Counted from the first letter of the stretch, positions 49,871 to 60,246 are shown. The stretch is 64,000 nt of DNA from Bacteroidaceae bacterium (GCA_017481745.1 JAFUOV010000012.1:96767-160766); one strand, 5' to 3'. Numbers and translations: made by a program. Notes: generated by a model from the letters alone, not told the origin.

Positions 49871-50950
49871 TTACTTCGCCTCGTTCGATGTCTCTTCTAT
49901 CAATTCGGCATTCTCTTGCTCAAGTTGCTCGCTTTGCTCCTTGAATTTCTCGCGGGCATACTCCTGCAAGTCGGCAACGGTATCTTTTTCGTCGACAATC
50001 TCTTGTCCGATAATGGTTTCTATAATATCTTCCATCGTTACAACGCCAAGGAAGCAACCGTATTCGTTGCGCACTTGGGCTATGTGCTCTTTGCCTTTGA
50101 GCATCTCTTCCCATACGTCGCCTACGGGAGTATCCTCGTCGTACGATAGGATGGGGCGACGTATGTAGCGCAACTCCATGTCGAACTTGTCTTCTGCCAA
50201 GTTCTCGAGGACGGTCTGTTTGAGGACAACGCCGGTGATGAAGTCGGGGTTTTCACTATAAATAGGAATGCGCGAGTAGGTGCGATGCTCCTCGGCTGCA
50301 TAGAACTCCTTGAGTGTTGTATTCTCTTGCGCCGCAACGACAACGGTGCGGGGTGTCATAATCTCGCCTACTGTAATGTTGTCGAGCTTAAAGAGGTTTT
50401 GTATAATGTCTTTCTCTTGCGATTCAAATACGCCCTCTTCTGTACCTACGGTTACCATGGCTGTTACCTCTTCACGACTCACCGATAGGGGTTGTTTGTC
50501 GGACGAAACCAATTTGGTGATAAACTCCGACAGCCATACAAGCGGGTACATAAGTACTATCATTATGCGAATGATGGGTGCAGCTGTCATGGCGAGTTGT
50601 CGCCAATAGTACGAACCGATGGTCTTGGGGATAATCTCGGAAAATACAAGGATAAGAATGGTGAGTACTGCTGAAATCACGCCAAACCATGCGTCGCCGA
50701 AAACTTTTGTTGCCTCGGCACCCACACCTGCCGAACCTACGGTGTGTGCTATGGTGTTGAACGAAAGGATTGCCGAGATGGGGCGGTCGATATCTTTCTT
50801 CAAGTGCATCATGAGAGGGGCATTTTTTGCGCCCTCTTGCTCTTTCATCGCTATGAAAGATACCGGAGTCGATAACAATACGGCTTCAAGAACCGAACAT
50901 AAAAACGACACTGAAAGTGCCAGTAATAAATATAAAATAACAAGTCCCAT
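49871..50950 (-). CDS. CNNM/DUF21 + CBS-pair membrane protein (CorB/TlyC-like)
   Basis: SFLCSVLEA, FSEIIPKT, IMTPR, SRIP, G.VTMEDIIE.IIG.EI.DE.D; ATG at 50950. Confidence 0.92.
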   Translation of the reverse strand: MGLVILYLLLALSVSFLCSVLEAVLLSTPVSFIAMKEQEGAKNAPLMMHLKKDIDRPISAILSFNTIAHTVGSAGVGAEATKVFGDAWFGVISAVLTILILVFSEIIPKTIGSYYWRQLAMTAAPIIRIMIVLMYPLVWLSEFITKLVSSDKQPLSVSREEVTAMVTVGTEEGVFESQEKDIIQNLFKLDNITVGEIMTPRTVVVAAQENTTLKEFYAAEEHRTYSRIPIYSENPDFITGVVLKQTVLENLAEDKFDMELRYIRRPILSYDEDTPVGDVWEEMLKGKEHIAQVRNEYGCFLGVVTMEDIIETIIGQEIVDEKDTVADLQEYAREKFKEQSEQLEQENAELIEETSNEAK

Positions 50951-51383
50951 AAAAGGTATTTCTTGTGAATAAATTTGTTTGTGATTAAATAAAATTATAG
51001 TTGAATAGATGCCTGTCGGTTGTGGCATCTACTATAATCGCAGTGTACAAAATAGTGTGGGTATACGTACAAGCAAAAACGATATAGAATACCCTATATC
51101 GCGCTTATAATGATATGTAGCCGCATTTTGCTGATGCGCATCTACATCGTCCGAAAGTGCATATTCGTTTGTTTCCATACGTCTATGGTACAAAGGTATG
51201 CAATAAAATCGACCCATACAAATATTACTGAAAAAATCTATCGGTATCGTTTGTATTGTCGCTTCTGAATGTTTTTGTCTGATAGTGTTATTTAACAAGA
51301 GATGTACGGAAACGTGCACATGCTTGGCTATATCTTTGCCTTGTCAATAATTCTTATCAGTATAAACCATTAAACGAAATACT

Positions 51384-51611
51384 ATGGAACGATACCTTTT
51401 ACAACCGAGCGAAAATAATGGATGGTGGGTAGTAACCGATATGAAATATAAGATTTCGGTCTTGTTTAAAGAGCACGAATTCACCACCAAGAAGTATGCT
51501 TCGATACTCGATGATCCCAATGCTGCCGAGAGCGATATTCGCCGCCTGTTGCGCTCGACAAAAGACCTCAATAACTATATGCGAGCATCACTTGCACATA
51601 TTGCTTTCTGA
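51384..51611 (+). CDS. Small hypothetical protein (75 aa)
   Basis: Clean ORF preceded by TATCTTTG (51331-51338) and an A-rich leader; motif LQ.S...WWV.TD....V.F.EH.F. Confidence 0.65.
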   Translation: MERYLLQPSENNGWWVVTDMKYKISVLFKEHEFTTKKYASILDDPNAAESDIRRLLRSTKDLNNYMRASLAHIAF

Positions 51612-51728
51612 TATTTTGTTGTATTAGTGATTGTATTTTCTTGTTGCTAATTCTGCAAAAATGGTTAACTTTGCATCCGTTTTTAAACGCGACTAATCAG
51701 ATAATACAATAATTTACAATTTAATTGT

Positions 51729-53159
51729 ATGAAGCACATTTTTCTATCAATAGTGGCTGCTGCCACTCTCTCGATGGGACTTGTAGGTTGCTGCAATGCA
51801 ACTCAAGAGCCCGAGGCATTGACCAACGATGAGGTAATCTTGCATGCGTGGTCGTGGTCGTTCAACACCATTGCCGATAACATGAAGTTGATAGCCGATG
51901 CCGGTTATGATATGGTACAGACTTCTCCTGCTCAAACATGCTTTGTAGGCGAGGATGGCGGTATGGCTCTTTTCAGCCAAGAAGGCGACTCGGTGCGCGG
52001 CAAGTGGTACTATTACTATCAGCCTATCGACTGGAAGATTGGTAACTATATGTTGGGTACTCGCGATGAGTTTAAGGCCATGTGCGATAGCGCTCATAAA
52101 TATAATGTGCGTGTATTGGTCGATGTGTTGCCCAATCACGTGGCAATAGACCATACAGCTGTTACAGCAGCTCTCGATAGCGTTGTAGGCGGTCACGAAA
52201 ACTTGTTTCATGCCAACGGTTTTACCGATATTACACAATGGAACGACCGTCTGGAGTGCACAACAGGTATGATGGGTAAGTTGCCCGACGTCAATACCGA
52301 AAATCCCGAGTTCCAATACTACTATATGAAGTATATCAACGACCTCATTGCTTGTGGCGCTCGTGGTTTCCGTTACGATACTGCCAAGCACATCGGATTG
52401 CCTTCCGATCCCACCGATGCCAAGTCGGAGCGCAACAACTTCTGGGATGTTGCAACGGGTCGTGAAGCTATCAAAGATATTACGCTCGCTCTGCCCGACA
52501 GCCTCTATTTCTATGGTGAGGTGCTGCAAGATCGCAATGTAAAAGAGACTGAATATGCCGAGTATATGAACCTCACTGCCAGCAGCTATGGTGGTGCATT
52601 GCGCAATGCTCTCAACCATCACAGCTATCACGCCGACAACTTGGCAGAGTGGCATCACCCTGTGGCTGCCGACAAGTTGGTAACTTGGGTCGAGTCGCAC
52701 GATACATATTGCAATGCTCACGAGTCGGCGGGTATGAGCGATGCGCTTGTCCGTCAAGGTTATGTGTTCCTCACTGCTCGTCAACATGGTACCCCTCTTT
52801 TCTATAGCCGTCCTGCCGGTAGTACCCGCGAGAACTATTGGGGCAATAACCGTATAGGCGAGCGTGGTAATGACGAGTTCTTCCACCCCGAGGTTGTGGC
52901 TGCTATTGCCTTCCGCAAGGCTATGAGTGGCTGTGCCGAGCAACTTGTTGCATCGGATAATGGCGCTGTTGTTGAAGTAGTCCGTGGTTCAAAGGGCGTT
53001 GCTCTTATCAACATCAGCGAGGAGGCTCAAGCCATCTCTATAAAAACTTCTTTGCCCGCCGGCGAGTATACCGATAATGTGCATAACGTTACGTTTAATG
53101 TAGCCGATAGCCTCATCACAGGCGAGTTGGCGCCGTTGTCGTCGTACATACTTTACTAA
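51729..53159 (+). CDS. Alpha-amylase lipoprotein (GH13, resembling the Bacillus AmyE/GH13_28 type)
   Basis: LVGC lipobox, ILHAWSWSFN, WYYYYQP, DV.PNH, GFRYDTAKH, YGEVLQ, VTWVESHD. Confidence 0.9.
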   Translation: MKHIFLSIVAAATLSMGLVGCCNATQEPEALTNDEVILHAWSWSFNTIADNMKLIADAGYDMVQTSPAQTCFVGEDGGMALFSQEGDSVRGKWYYYYQPIDWKIGNYMLGTRDEFKAMCDSAHKYNVRVLVDVLPNHVAIDHTAVTAALDSVVGGHENLFHANGFTDITQWNDRLECTTGMMGKLPDVNTENPEFQYYYMKYINDLIACGARGFRYDTAKHIGLPSDPTDAKSERNNFWDVATGREAIKDITLALPDSLYFYGEVLQDRNVKETEYAEYMNLTASSYGGALRNALNHHSYHADNLAEWHHPVAADKLVTWVESHDTYCNAHESAGMSDALVRQGYVFLTARQHGTPLFYSRPAGSTRENYWGNNRIGERGNDEFFHPEVVAAIAFRKAMSGCAEQLVASDNGAVVEVVRGSKGVALINISEEAQAISIKTSLPAGEYTDNVHNVTFNVADSLITGELAPLSSYILY

Positions 53160-53175
53160 TAGTATAAATATAGAA

Positions 53176-53215
53176 ATAGCGAGGAGGCACTATGTGGTGT
53201 TTCCTCGTTGTTTTT
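53176..53215 (+). terminator. Intrinsic terminator
   Basis: Imperfect stem AGCGAGGAGGCAC/GTGTTTCCTCGTT followed by a T-run. Confidence 0.7.
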
Positions 53216-53308
53216 ATGGTTAATTTTGCATACAATTTAGTCGCTTTATTAGAACCGCTGTTCGTTGAAAAATTTCTACTTTTGTAGGCAATCAATTATG
53301 ACTTTATC

Positions 53309-55198
53309 ATGAAAAACAAAGTTTACCTTTTTCCTTTACTTGTTGCAGCCGTTGCAGCATCGGTATTGCCTATGCATGCCAAGAAAGTACACACCATAGG
53401 CGACTCCACTATGGCTACTTACGACGAAACCTCCGATAAACGCGGTTGGGGACAGATGCTCAATCAATTCTTTACATCGGAGTTGCAAGTGAACAATCGC
53501 GCCAAGAGCGGTGCAAGCAGTAAGAGTTTCTACAACGAAGCGCCCTATTGGGCTACGGTAAAGACCCAAATTGAAGCCGGCGACTACGTGTTTATACAAT
53601 TTTCTCACAACGACGAGAAGAATGGCGGACTTGATGGCGATGAAATACAAGCTGCCAACCCCGATTCGGTTGTTGCCGATACACGTGGTACAGCACCGTT
53701 TACAACTTATAAAGAGTATTTGCGCAAATATATCGACGAAACACGTGCATTGGAGGCTACTCCTGTTCTGGTAACACCGATTGTTCGTCGTTATTTCTCG
53801 GGTGGAAAGATTACACAAAAAGGTCGACACAACCTCAGTGCCGAGGGACAACATGACCTTGACTATGTGCAAGCCATGAAAGAAGTGGCTCAAGAAAAAG
53901 GAGTGCAACTCATCGACCATACCGAGCTGACAGCCGAGTTGGTAGAGGCTTATGGCGATGCCGACTCGAAGGCGCAACTATATTGTCCGGGCGATGATAC
54001 ACATACCTCTGCCACCGGAGCGATGCTTTTTGCACGTTTGGTAGCGCAAGATATGGTGCGCCAGAATATACTTGGCGAGTATGTCGATGCCGAGGCTTCT
54101 CTTATTGTTAACCCTGCCGAGGTAGACTTTGGCAAGGGATATCCTCAAGCCGTAAAGACCCAAGAGTGCACAATCATGGGTATGGACCTCGTGCCTGCCG
54201 ATGGCGTGGTAACTCTCTCTACCGCAGCTCCCTTTGCAGTGAGTGTCGATGGCGTTACATATACCGAAACCATTACTCTTGCATATACCAATGGTAGCTT
54301 GGCACTTGCGCGATTTTTTGTAAGTTGCTCATCGCAAGAGATTGGAGTGCTGGAGGGTATGCTGACAGCAACTTGTGGCGATATCAAGAAAGAAATTGCA
54401 TTGAAAATGAATGTGGTAGACCTGAGCGATGGTGAGCCCTTCAATGTATATTGGGATTTGAGCCGCGATGACTCGTTTGTGTCGACCGGAGCTGTTACAC
54501 CCGTAGCCGAGTCGTGGAGCAAAATGTATGTTCAAAAGTACGCAGCGCCCAAAAACGAGGCTACAACTTGGCCCGAGGGTAGTGGGCATGGTGCATCGGA
54601 CAAGACCCAACGCAACCTTATCGAAGGCGATGAATGGCCCGGTAATGAGATTGATGCCGTAAGCGACCGATATATACAATTTGGTGTATCGACCAATCCC
54701 GGTACAAAGTTTACAGTCGATACAATAGGTATGTATATAGGTGGAGCCGGCGGTAGTGGCATGCGTTGGCGTGTTGAATACTCTATCGACGAAAACTTTG
54801 GAAACGAGGTGGTCTTGGCAGAGTATCTCTCTATAACATCCAATACAATGTATGCCATCGAGGCGATGCCTATGATTGAAGTACCCGAGGAACAAACCCT
54901 CTACATACGCATCTATCCGTGGTATAAGAGTACGGCAACAGGCAAGACTTTGTGTCTGTCGAACCTCTATATAGGTGGTGTTGTTTCCAAAACGAGCAAC
55001 GTTGACGATGTAGAGTCGGAAGATGCCATTACATACACCGGTAATGTTGTCAGCAATAGCAACGGAGCGCCCTTGGCTATCTACTCAACCACAGGGGCGT
55101 GCGTGATGCGTGAGAGTGGCGATGCCGACTTGTCGCATCTGCCCCAAGGGGTGTATGTAGTAAAAAGTGGTGATACTACTCTCAAAGTGATACGATAA
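53309..55198 (+). CDS. Secreted SGNH esterase (CE12, rhamnogalacturonan acetylesterase-like) with accessory domains and T9SS-type CTD
   Basis: IGDST, GWGQ, G.SS.SF, QFSHND, DDTH; C-terminus IYSTTG...LPQGVYVVK...KVIR. Confidence 0.85.
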   Translation: MKNKVYLFPLLVAAVAASVLPMHAKKVHTIGDSTMATYDETSDKRGWGQMLNQFFTSELQVNNRAKSGASSKSFYNEAPYWATVKTQIEAGDYVFIQFSHNDEKNGGLDGDEIQAANPDSVVADTRGTAPFTTYKEYLRKYIDETRALEATPVLVTPIVRRYFSGGKITQKGRHNLSAEGQHDLDYVQAMKEVAQEKGVQLIDHTELTAELVEAYGDADSKAQLYCPGDDTHTSATGAMLFARLVAQDMVRQNILGEYVDAEASLIVNPAEVDFGKGYPQAVKTQECTIMGMDLVPADGVVTLSTAAPFAVSVDGVTYTETITLAYTNGSLALARFFVSCSSQEIGVLEGMLTATCGDIKKEIALKMNVVDLSDGEPFNVYWDLSRDDSFVSTGAVTPVAESWSKMYVQKYAAPKNEATTWPEGSGHGASDKTQRNLIEGDEWPGNEIDAVSDRYIQFGVSTNPGTKFTVDTIGMYIGGAGGSGMRWRVEYSIDENFGNEVVLAEYLSITSNTMYAIEAMPMIEVPEEQTLYIRIYPWYKSTATGKTLCLSNLYIGGVVSKTSNVDDVESEDAITYTGNVVSNSNGAPLAIYSTTGACVMRESGDADLSHLPQGVYVVKSGDTTLKVIR

Positions 55199-55272
55199 AT
55201 CATATTCACCTCAACGATTGAGTTGTCCAAGTGTTGGAAAAGTAAAATTTTATTTATTCGCATATCTGTATG

Positions 55273-55310
55273 ATAGCCCTTTTGTAAATTTGCAAGAGGG
55301 CTATTCGTTT
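55273..55310 (+). terminator. Probable terminator hairpin
   Basis: Stem ATAGCCCTTTTG/CAAGAGGGCTAT with a weak T tail. Confidence 0.55.
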
Positions 55311-55352
55311 GTAATATCACGAAAATTCTTATCTTTGCACGCATAAGTAGAA

Positions 55353-55967
55353 ATGAATATGGAAGTAAAAAGTGCTCGATTTGTAATCAGTAACAGCGAT
55401 GTGCGTAAATGTCCCGATACAGGGTTGCCCGAGTATGCTTTTATCGGACGCTCTAATGTGGGTAAATCGTCGCTTATCAATATGCTTACCAATCACAACG
55501 GATTGGCAAAAACATCGTCGACCCCCGGAAAAACAACCCTGATCAACCACTTTGTCGTAAATGACAGTTGGTATATTGTCGACTTGCCCGGCTATGGTTA
55601 TGCCCGTCGCGGCAACGAAGGTCGTGAGGAGATACGTCGCATCATCAATGCCTATGTGTTGCGACGTGAAGCTATGACCTGCCTTTTCGTGTTGCTCGAT
55701 TGCCGTCATGAGCCACAGAAGATAGACCTCGAGTTTATTGAGTTTTTGGGTGAAAACGGTGTGCCCTTTGCCATTATTTTTACCAAAGCCGACAAGATTT
55801 CAAAGGGCGCATTAGAGCGCAATGTAACGGCTTACAAGGACAAATTGTTGGAGACTTGGGAGGAGTTACCACCCATATTCTGCACATCGTCAGAGAAGCG
55901 TATTGGTCGTGATGAGTTGCTCGACTATATAGATGAAATAAATCGCAGTATTGCTGTCGGAGAGTGA
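55353..55967 (+). CDS. engB: Ribosome biogenesis GTPase YihA/YsxC
   Basis: [24 protein letters not shown]. Confidence 0.95.
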   Translation: MNMEVKSARFVISNSDVRKCPDTGLPEYAFIGRSNVGKSSLINMLTNHNGLAKTSSTPGKTTLINHFVVNDSWYIVDLPGYGYARRGNEGREEIRRIINAYVLRREAMTCLFVLLDCRHEPQKIDLEFIEFLGENGVPFAIIFTKADKISKGALERNVTAYKDKLLETWEELPPIFCTSSEKRIGRDELLDYIDEINRSIAVGE

Positions 55968-56045
55968 TTTTAGTTTTATTAAACAACTCTATTGGCAACA
56001 AGTGGTTTTATTTGTTTACCTTTGAAAGAGATAAACTGTAGAATT

Positions 56046-56522
56046 ATGATTACCGAACAACAGAAAATGTGGATGCGTGAGGCGATAGCCCTCTCGTCGC
56101 GCAATATAGATGAAGCCGGAGGTCCCTTCGGCGCTGTGATAGTAAAAGATGGCGAGATAGTAGCTCGTGGTGCCAATCGTGTTACTGCCGATAACGACCC
56201 TACGGCTCATGCCGAGGTGAGTGCTATTCGTGCAGCTGCCAAGAAGTTGGGCACTTTCGACCTGTCGGGTTGTGAGATATATACCTCGTGCGAGCCTTGC
56301 CCAATGTGCCTGTCGGCTATCTATTGGGCTCACATCGACCGCATTTATTATGGCAATACTCAGTACGATGCCAAGGCGATAGACTTTGACGACTCTTTTA
56401 TATATACACAACTCTCGTTGCAGCCTGCCGAGCGCTCTATACCCTCCGAGCGTATCTTGGGTGAAGAGGCGATTGCTGCATTTGAAAAGTGGCGCGATAA
56501 AGAAGATAAAATAGAATATTAA
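56046..56522 (+). CDS. guaD: Guanine deaminase (cytidine deaminase fold)
   Basis: GGPFGA, DPTAHAE, EPCPMC, FDD.FIY, terminal Tyr. Confidence 0.85.
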   Translation: MITEQQKMWMREAIALSSRNIDEAGGPFGAVIVKDGEIVARGANRVTADNDPTAHAEVSAIRAAAKKLGTFDLSGCEIYTSCEPCPMCLSAIYWAHIDRIYYGNTQYDAKAIDFDDSFIYTQLSLQPAERSIPSERILGEEAIAAFEKWRDKEDKIEY

Positions 56523-56548
56523 TCATAAAAAACTCTAAATCAGATATT

Positions 56549-57001
56549 ATGGCAAATTGGTTTGAATGTAAAGTAAAATATGGCAAAACCCTCGAAACAG
56601 GTATTCAAAAGACCGTAACCGAGTCATTCCTTGTAGATGCCCTCTCGTTTACCGAGGCAGAGGGTCGCATTATTGAAGAGATACGTCCTTTCGTATCGGG
56701 CGAGTTTACCGTTTCGGCTATCAAGCGTGCCAACTATAGCGAGGTTTATTTCGATGCAACCGGCGACCGTTGGTTCCGTTGTCGCGTAGCTTTTATCACT
56801 ATCGACGAGAAAACCGGTGTTGAGAAACTCACGCCCACCAACATCCTTGTGCAAGCTACAGAACACTCGCAGGCTGTTGAAAACCTCAACATCTGCATGA
56901 AAGGTACTATGGCCGACTGGCGTATTACAGCCGTTAACGAAACCTCGTTGCTCGACGTTTACCGTTATGAAAGCAACGTGCCCGATGCACCCAAAGAATA
57001 A
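56549..57001 (+). CDS. DUF4494 family protein
   Basis: WFECK..Y.K, VDALSFTEAE.RI, TIDEK.G.EK, M.D..I..V.ET. Confidence 0.85.
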   Translation: MANWFECKVKYGKTLETGIQKTVTESFLVDALSFTEAEGRIIEEIRPFVSGEFTVSAIKRANYSEVYFDATGDRWFRCRVAFITIDEKTGVEKLTPTNILVQATEHSQAVENLNICMKGTMADWRITAVNETSLLDVYRYESNVPDAPKE

Positions 57002-57006
57002 CAGAT

Positions 57007-57675
57007 ATGTCGACCATAGCGCAACGACTCAACGATATAAATGCAACACTACCCGCCGGTGTCAAACTGGTGGCAGTGTCGAAGTTCCACCCAGCCGAGG
57101 CTATACGCGAGGCATACGATGCTGGGCATCGTTGTTTTGGTGAGAGTAGGGCGCAGGAGTTGCAGGCGAAATATCAGGAGTTGCCCCAAGACATCGAGTG
57201 GCACTTTATCGGGCACTTGCAAACCAATAAGGTGAAGTATATTGTGCCGTTTGTGTCGCTTATACACAGTGTCGACAGCACTCGCTTGCTCGACGAGATA
57301 GAACGACAAGCCGAGCGTGCCGGACGTGTAGTCGATTGCTTGCTCGAGGTGCATGTGGCACAAGAGGATACAAAGTATGGTTTCTCGCCTGCCCAATGTC
57401 GTGAGTTTATGGCATCGAACGATAGGGCTGCATATCCTCATGTGCGTTTTCGTGGCATAATGGGCATGGCTTCCAATACCGACGACGATGCTCAGGTGGA
57501 ATGCGAGTTCGCACAACTCAAGCAACTGTTCGATGATGTACGTAGCGATGTAGCAGATGCCGAAACGTTCGATATCCTCTCTATGGGTATGAGCCACGAC
57601 TACCTCATGGCGATAGGGCAGGGCAGCAATATGGTGCGTATAGGAACAACCATATTTGGCACCAGGGAATATTAG
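57007..57675 (+). CDS. yggS: PLP homeostasis protein
   Basis: LVAVSK, FGE, WHFIGHLQTNK, LSMGMS.D, VRIGT.IFG.R. Confidence 0.95.
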   Translation: MSTIAQRLNDINATLPAGVKLVAVSKFHPAEAIREAYDAGHRCFGESRAQELQAKYQELPQDIEWHFIGHLQTNKVKYIVPFVSLIHSVDSTRLLDEIERQAERAGRVVDCLLEVHVAQEDTKYGFSPAQCREFMASNDRAAYPHVRFRGIMGMASNTDDDAQVECEFAQLKQLFDDVRSDVADAETFDILSMGMSHDYLMAIGQGSNMVRIGTTIFGTREY

Positions 57676-57696
57676 TTGTTACCAATGTAAAAATAA

Positions 57697-57730
57697 GAGG
57701 CGCATATCGGTGTGGATATGCGCCTCGTTT
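57697..57730. terminator. Hairpin terminator between convergent genes
   Basis: GAGGCGCATATC/GATATGCGCCTC. Confidence 0.75.
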
Positions 57731-57745
57731 GTATCATGAGGTTTG

Positions 57746-58270
57746 TTATTCGAGCAGGTAGTCGTCTTCTTCCTCTTGTGGCAGATAAACGATAAATGTA
57801 GTTGCGCCTATTGTTACCACATCCTCATTCTTGATATTGGCGCGCTCGCGGTCGTTCAATATCTCACTGCGTAGGAATGTGCCGGTGAGGCTGGGGTTGT
57901 CGCGCAGGGTATATCGCACCGAGCCGTCGGCCATGGGTTTGACGTTGATGATACAGTGGCGGCGATCCATGCTCATGTCGCCACTCTGTATAGAGATGTC
58001 GGCTACGCTGCCCGGCGAGTGTCGACCGATGATGTTGTCGCCCGGTTGCAGGGCAAACGTCTGGCGATAACCAAACTGATTTTCCAATACAACGATGTAG
58101 CCATATGGGGCATCAATCTCCTCGCGGTTCATCTCTTCTATCTCGTCGAGTGTCATAGAGAAGTGCTTGCGACAAGCCGGGCAAGCAAAAGATATACTCT
58201 TGACTTGGCTATATCGGCTCTCGTCGAAGTTAAATGTATGTTCGCACTTGGGGCAGGTGATACGTTTCAT
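57746..58270 (-). CDS. Zinc-ribbon + FHA domain protein
   Basis: CPKC...CPAC; FHA motifs IIGR, M.RRH, D..S..GT, D...IG; TACCTTTG box on the - strand at 58300-58307. Confidence 0.82.
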   Translation of the reverse strand: MKRITCPKCEHTFNFDESRYSQVKSISFACPACRKHFSMTLDEIEEMNREEIDAPYGYIVVLENQFGYRQTFALQPGDNIIGRHSPGSVADISIQSGDMSMDRRHCIINVKPMADGSVRYTLRDNPSLTGTFLRSEILNDRERANIKNEDVVTIGATTFIVYLPQEEEDDYLLE

Positions 58271-58713
58271 CTTGGTAATAATTGTGTCTAAAAGCGGTGC
58301 AAAGGTAGTTATAAAAAATGGTTTGCCCAATAGTAATGTTAATATTGGTGTGTGAGGTAATAAACCACCCGATGCTCCGTTTTATATAGTAATAATGCTA
58401 TTGTGATAAAATATGTTCTTTAACACAAGTCGTAGGCGTAAACCGTTGAGCCATATAAAAACTAACCATGCTGTAATGTCAACGAGTGCTAAAAAACTTA
58501 CACAATGCTTTTTTTATCCGAAAATAAGTGCTAAATTTGCCCCGTTGAACTGTATATGTACTTATTTTGCCCCAATGGAAGTGTGGCAAATTGTATATGA
58601 AAAATGCATAGATGGTAGCAAATGTTTTGATTTCGCTCCGTTTTTGGAACTGAAAAAAGAGAGAACTAAATATTTAATATTAAACACTTAAACCAAATTA
58701 AAAAAATTAAATT

Positions 58714-59535
58714 ATGGCAACTAAAAATGCTGCGACTAAAAAGTCGAATGTAATCGGCGTTAAGAGCCCTATTTGGGTTATCTTGCTTTGCGCTGTAGCA
58801 GGTTTCTGCTTCTATCAATTTGTTTGCGGTGCTCCTCACCGTTTCTCTGAAGGCGACCCCGTTAACGGTCACCCCCTCAATGGCGACCTCCTCGCTACTG
58901 TGTACAAAGGTGGTTTCATTGTGCCTATCCTTATGACATGTCTTCTCACCGTTATCGTTCTTTCTGTAGAGCGTTTCATCGCTATGTGGAGTGCTAATGG
59001 TAAAGGTAACACTACTAAATTTATCGCTGACGTTAAAGCTGCTCTCGAAAACAACGACCTCGCTAAAGCTAAAGAACTTTGCGCTAAAAAACAAGGTGTT
59101 GTTGCCAGTGTAGTTGCTTCGGCTCTTATCAAATACGAGCAAGTTGAAGGCGACGAAACTTTGACTAAGGAGAAAAAAGTTGAGGCTATCCAAAAACAAC
59201 TCGAAGAGGCTACTGCTCTTGAGATGCCCGCTCTCCAACAAAACCTCCCCATCATCGCTACTCTTACTACTCTCGGTACTCTCGTTGGTCTTCTCGGTAC
59301 CGTTATGGGTATGATCAAATCATTTGCCGCTCTTGCTTCTGGTGACGGTGCTGCTGACTCGCAAGCTCTTTCAACCGGTATCTCTGAGGCGCTTGTAAAT
59401 ACTGCTACCGGTATCGCAACAGGTGCTTTCGCGGTAATTTCTTACAACTACTACTCAAACAAAATCGACACCCTTACTTACGCTATCGATGAGATTGGTT
59501 TCTGCATCGTAAACGCATTTAACAAAACTCACTAA
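58714..59535 (+). CDS. exbB: MotA/TolQ/ExbB proton channel
   Basis: GTLVGLLGTV.GMI.SF, GISEALVNTA.G. Confidence 0.92.
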   Translation: MATKNAATKKSNVIGVKSPIWVILLCAVAGFCFYQFVCGAPHRFSEGDPVNGHPLNGDLLATVYKGGFIVPILMTCLLTVIVLSVERFIAMWSANGKGNTTKFIADVKAALENNDLAKAKELCAKKQGVVASVVASALIKYEQVEGDETLTKEKKVEAIQKQLEEATALEMPALQQNLPIIATLTTLGTLVGLLGTVMGMIKSFAALASGDGAADSQALSTGISEALVNTATGIATGAFAVISYNYYSNKIDTLTYAIDEIGFCIVNAFNKTH

Positions 59536-59564
59536 TAATCAGCTAAAAGAAAGGACTTTGTAAT

Positions 59565-60215
59565 ATGGCAAAGGTTAAAGTAAAAAGGAAGAGTACGCTC
59601 ATCGACATGACCGCGATGAGTGACGTTACTGTGCTTCTGCTTACTTTCTTCATGCTGACATCAACTTTCGTTCAACAAGAGCCTGTGCAGACTATCACCC
59701 CTGCTTCGGTTTCTGAGTTCGAAATTCCCTCTCAAGACGTGCTCAAGGTGCTCATCGAGCCCAATGGTAAAGTCTTCTTGGGTCTTGACAACTTCAACGA
59801 CCGTGCTGCCGCTCTCGACGAGATGTTGAAAGTACACTCTGATGTAACTCTTACCGAGGAGCAAAAAAATACTTTCCGTCTCTCTGAATGGTTTGGTGTG
59901 CCTGTAAATCAAATGCCCGAGTTCCTCTCGATGCGTTTTGAAGACCAAGCCGGCGAGTTGAAAAACTATGGTGTACCCTGCGACTCTATCGACAACCAAT
60001 TCAAAGAATGGGTTGACTTTGCAACTCGCTGCGGTAGCCAACGAATGAAAGAGGATCCTGCTTATGACGAACTTGAGAACTCTCAAAAGAGATTGAAAAT
60101 CATTATCAAGGCGGATAAGAAGACTCCTTATGATGTAGTGAAAAAAGTAATGGATACGTTACAAGAATTGCGTCAAAACCGCTTTAGTCTAATAACTACC
60201 TTGAGTGAGGGTTAA
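59565..60215 (+). CDS. exbD: ExbD/TolR family protein
   Basis: IDMTAMSDV.VLLLTFFM, IKAD...Y..V..VMD.L. Confidence 0.9.
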   Translation: MAKVKVKRKSTLIDMTAMSDVTVLLLTFFMLTSTFVQQEPVQTITPASVSEFEIPSQDVLKVLIEPNGKVFLGLDNFNDRAAALDEMLKVHSDVTLTEEQKNTFRLSEWFGVPVNQMPEFLSMRFEDQAGELKNYGVPCDSIDNQFKEWVDFATRCGSQRMKEDPAYDELENSQKRLKIIIKADKKTPYDVVKKVMDTLQELRQNRFSLITTLSEG

Positions 60216-60246
60216 CCTCTTTTCAAGTAATTTAAACATTTAAATT

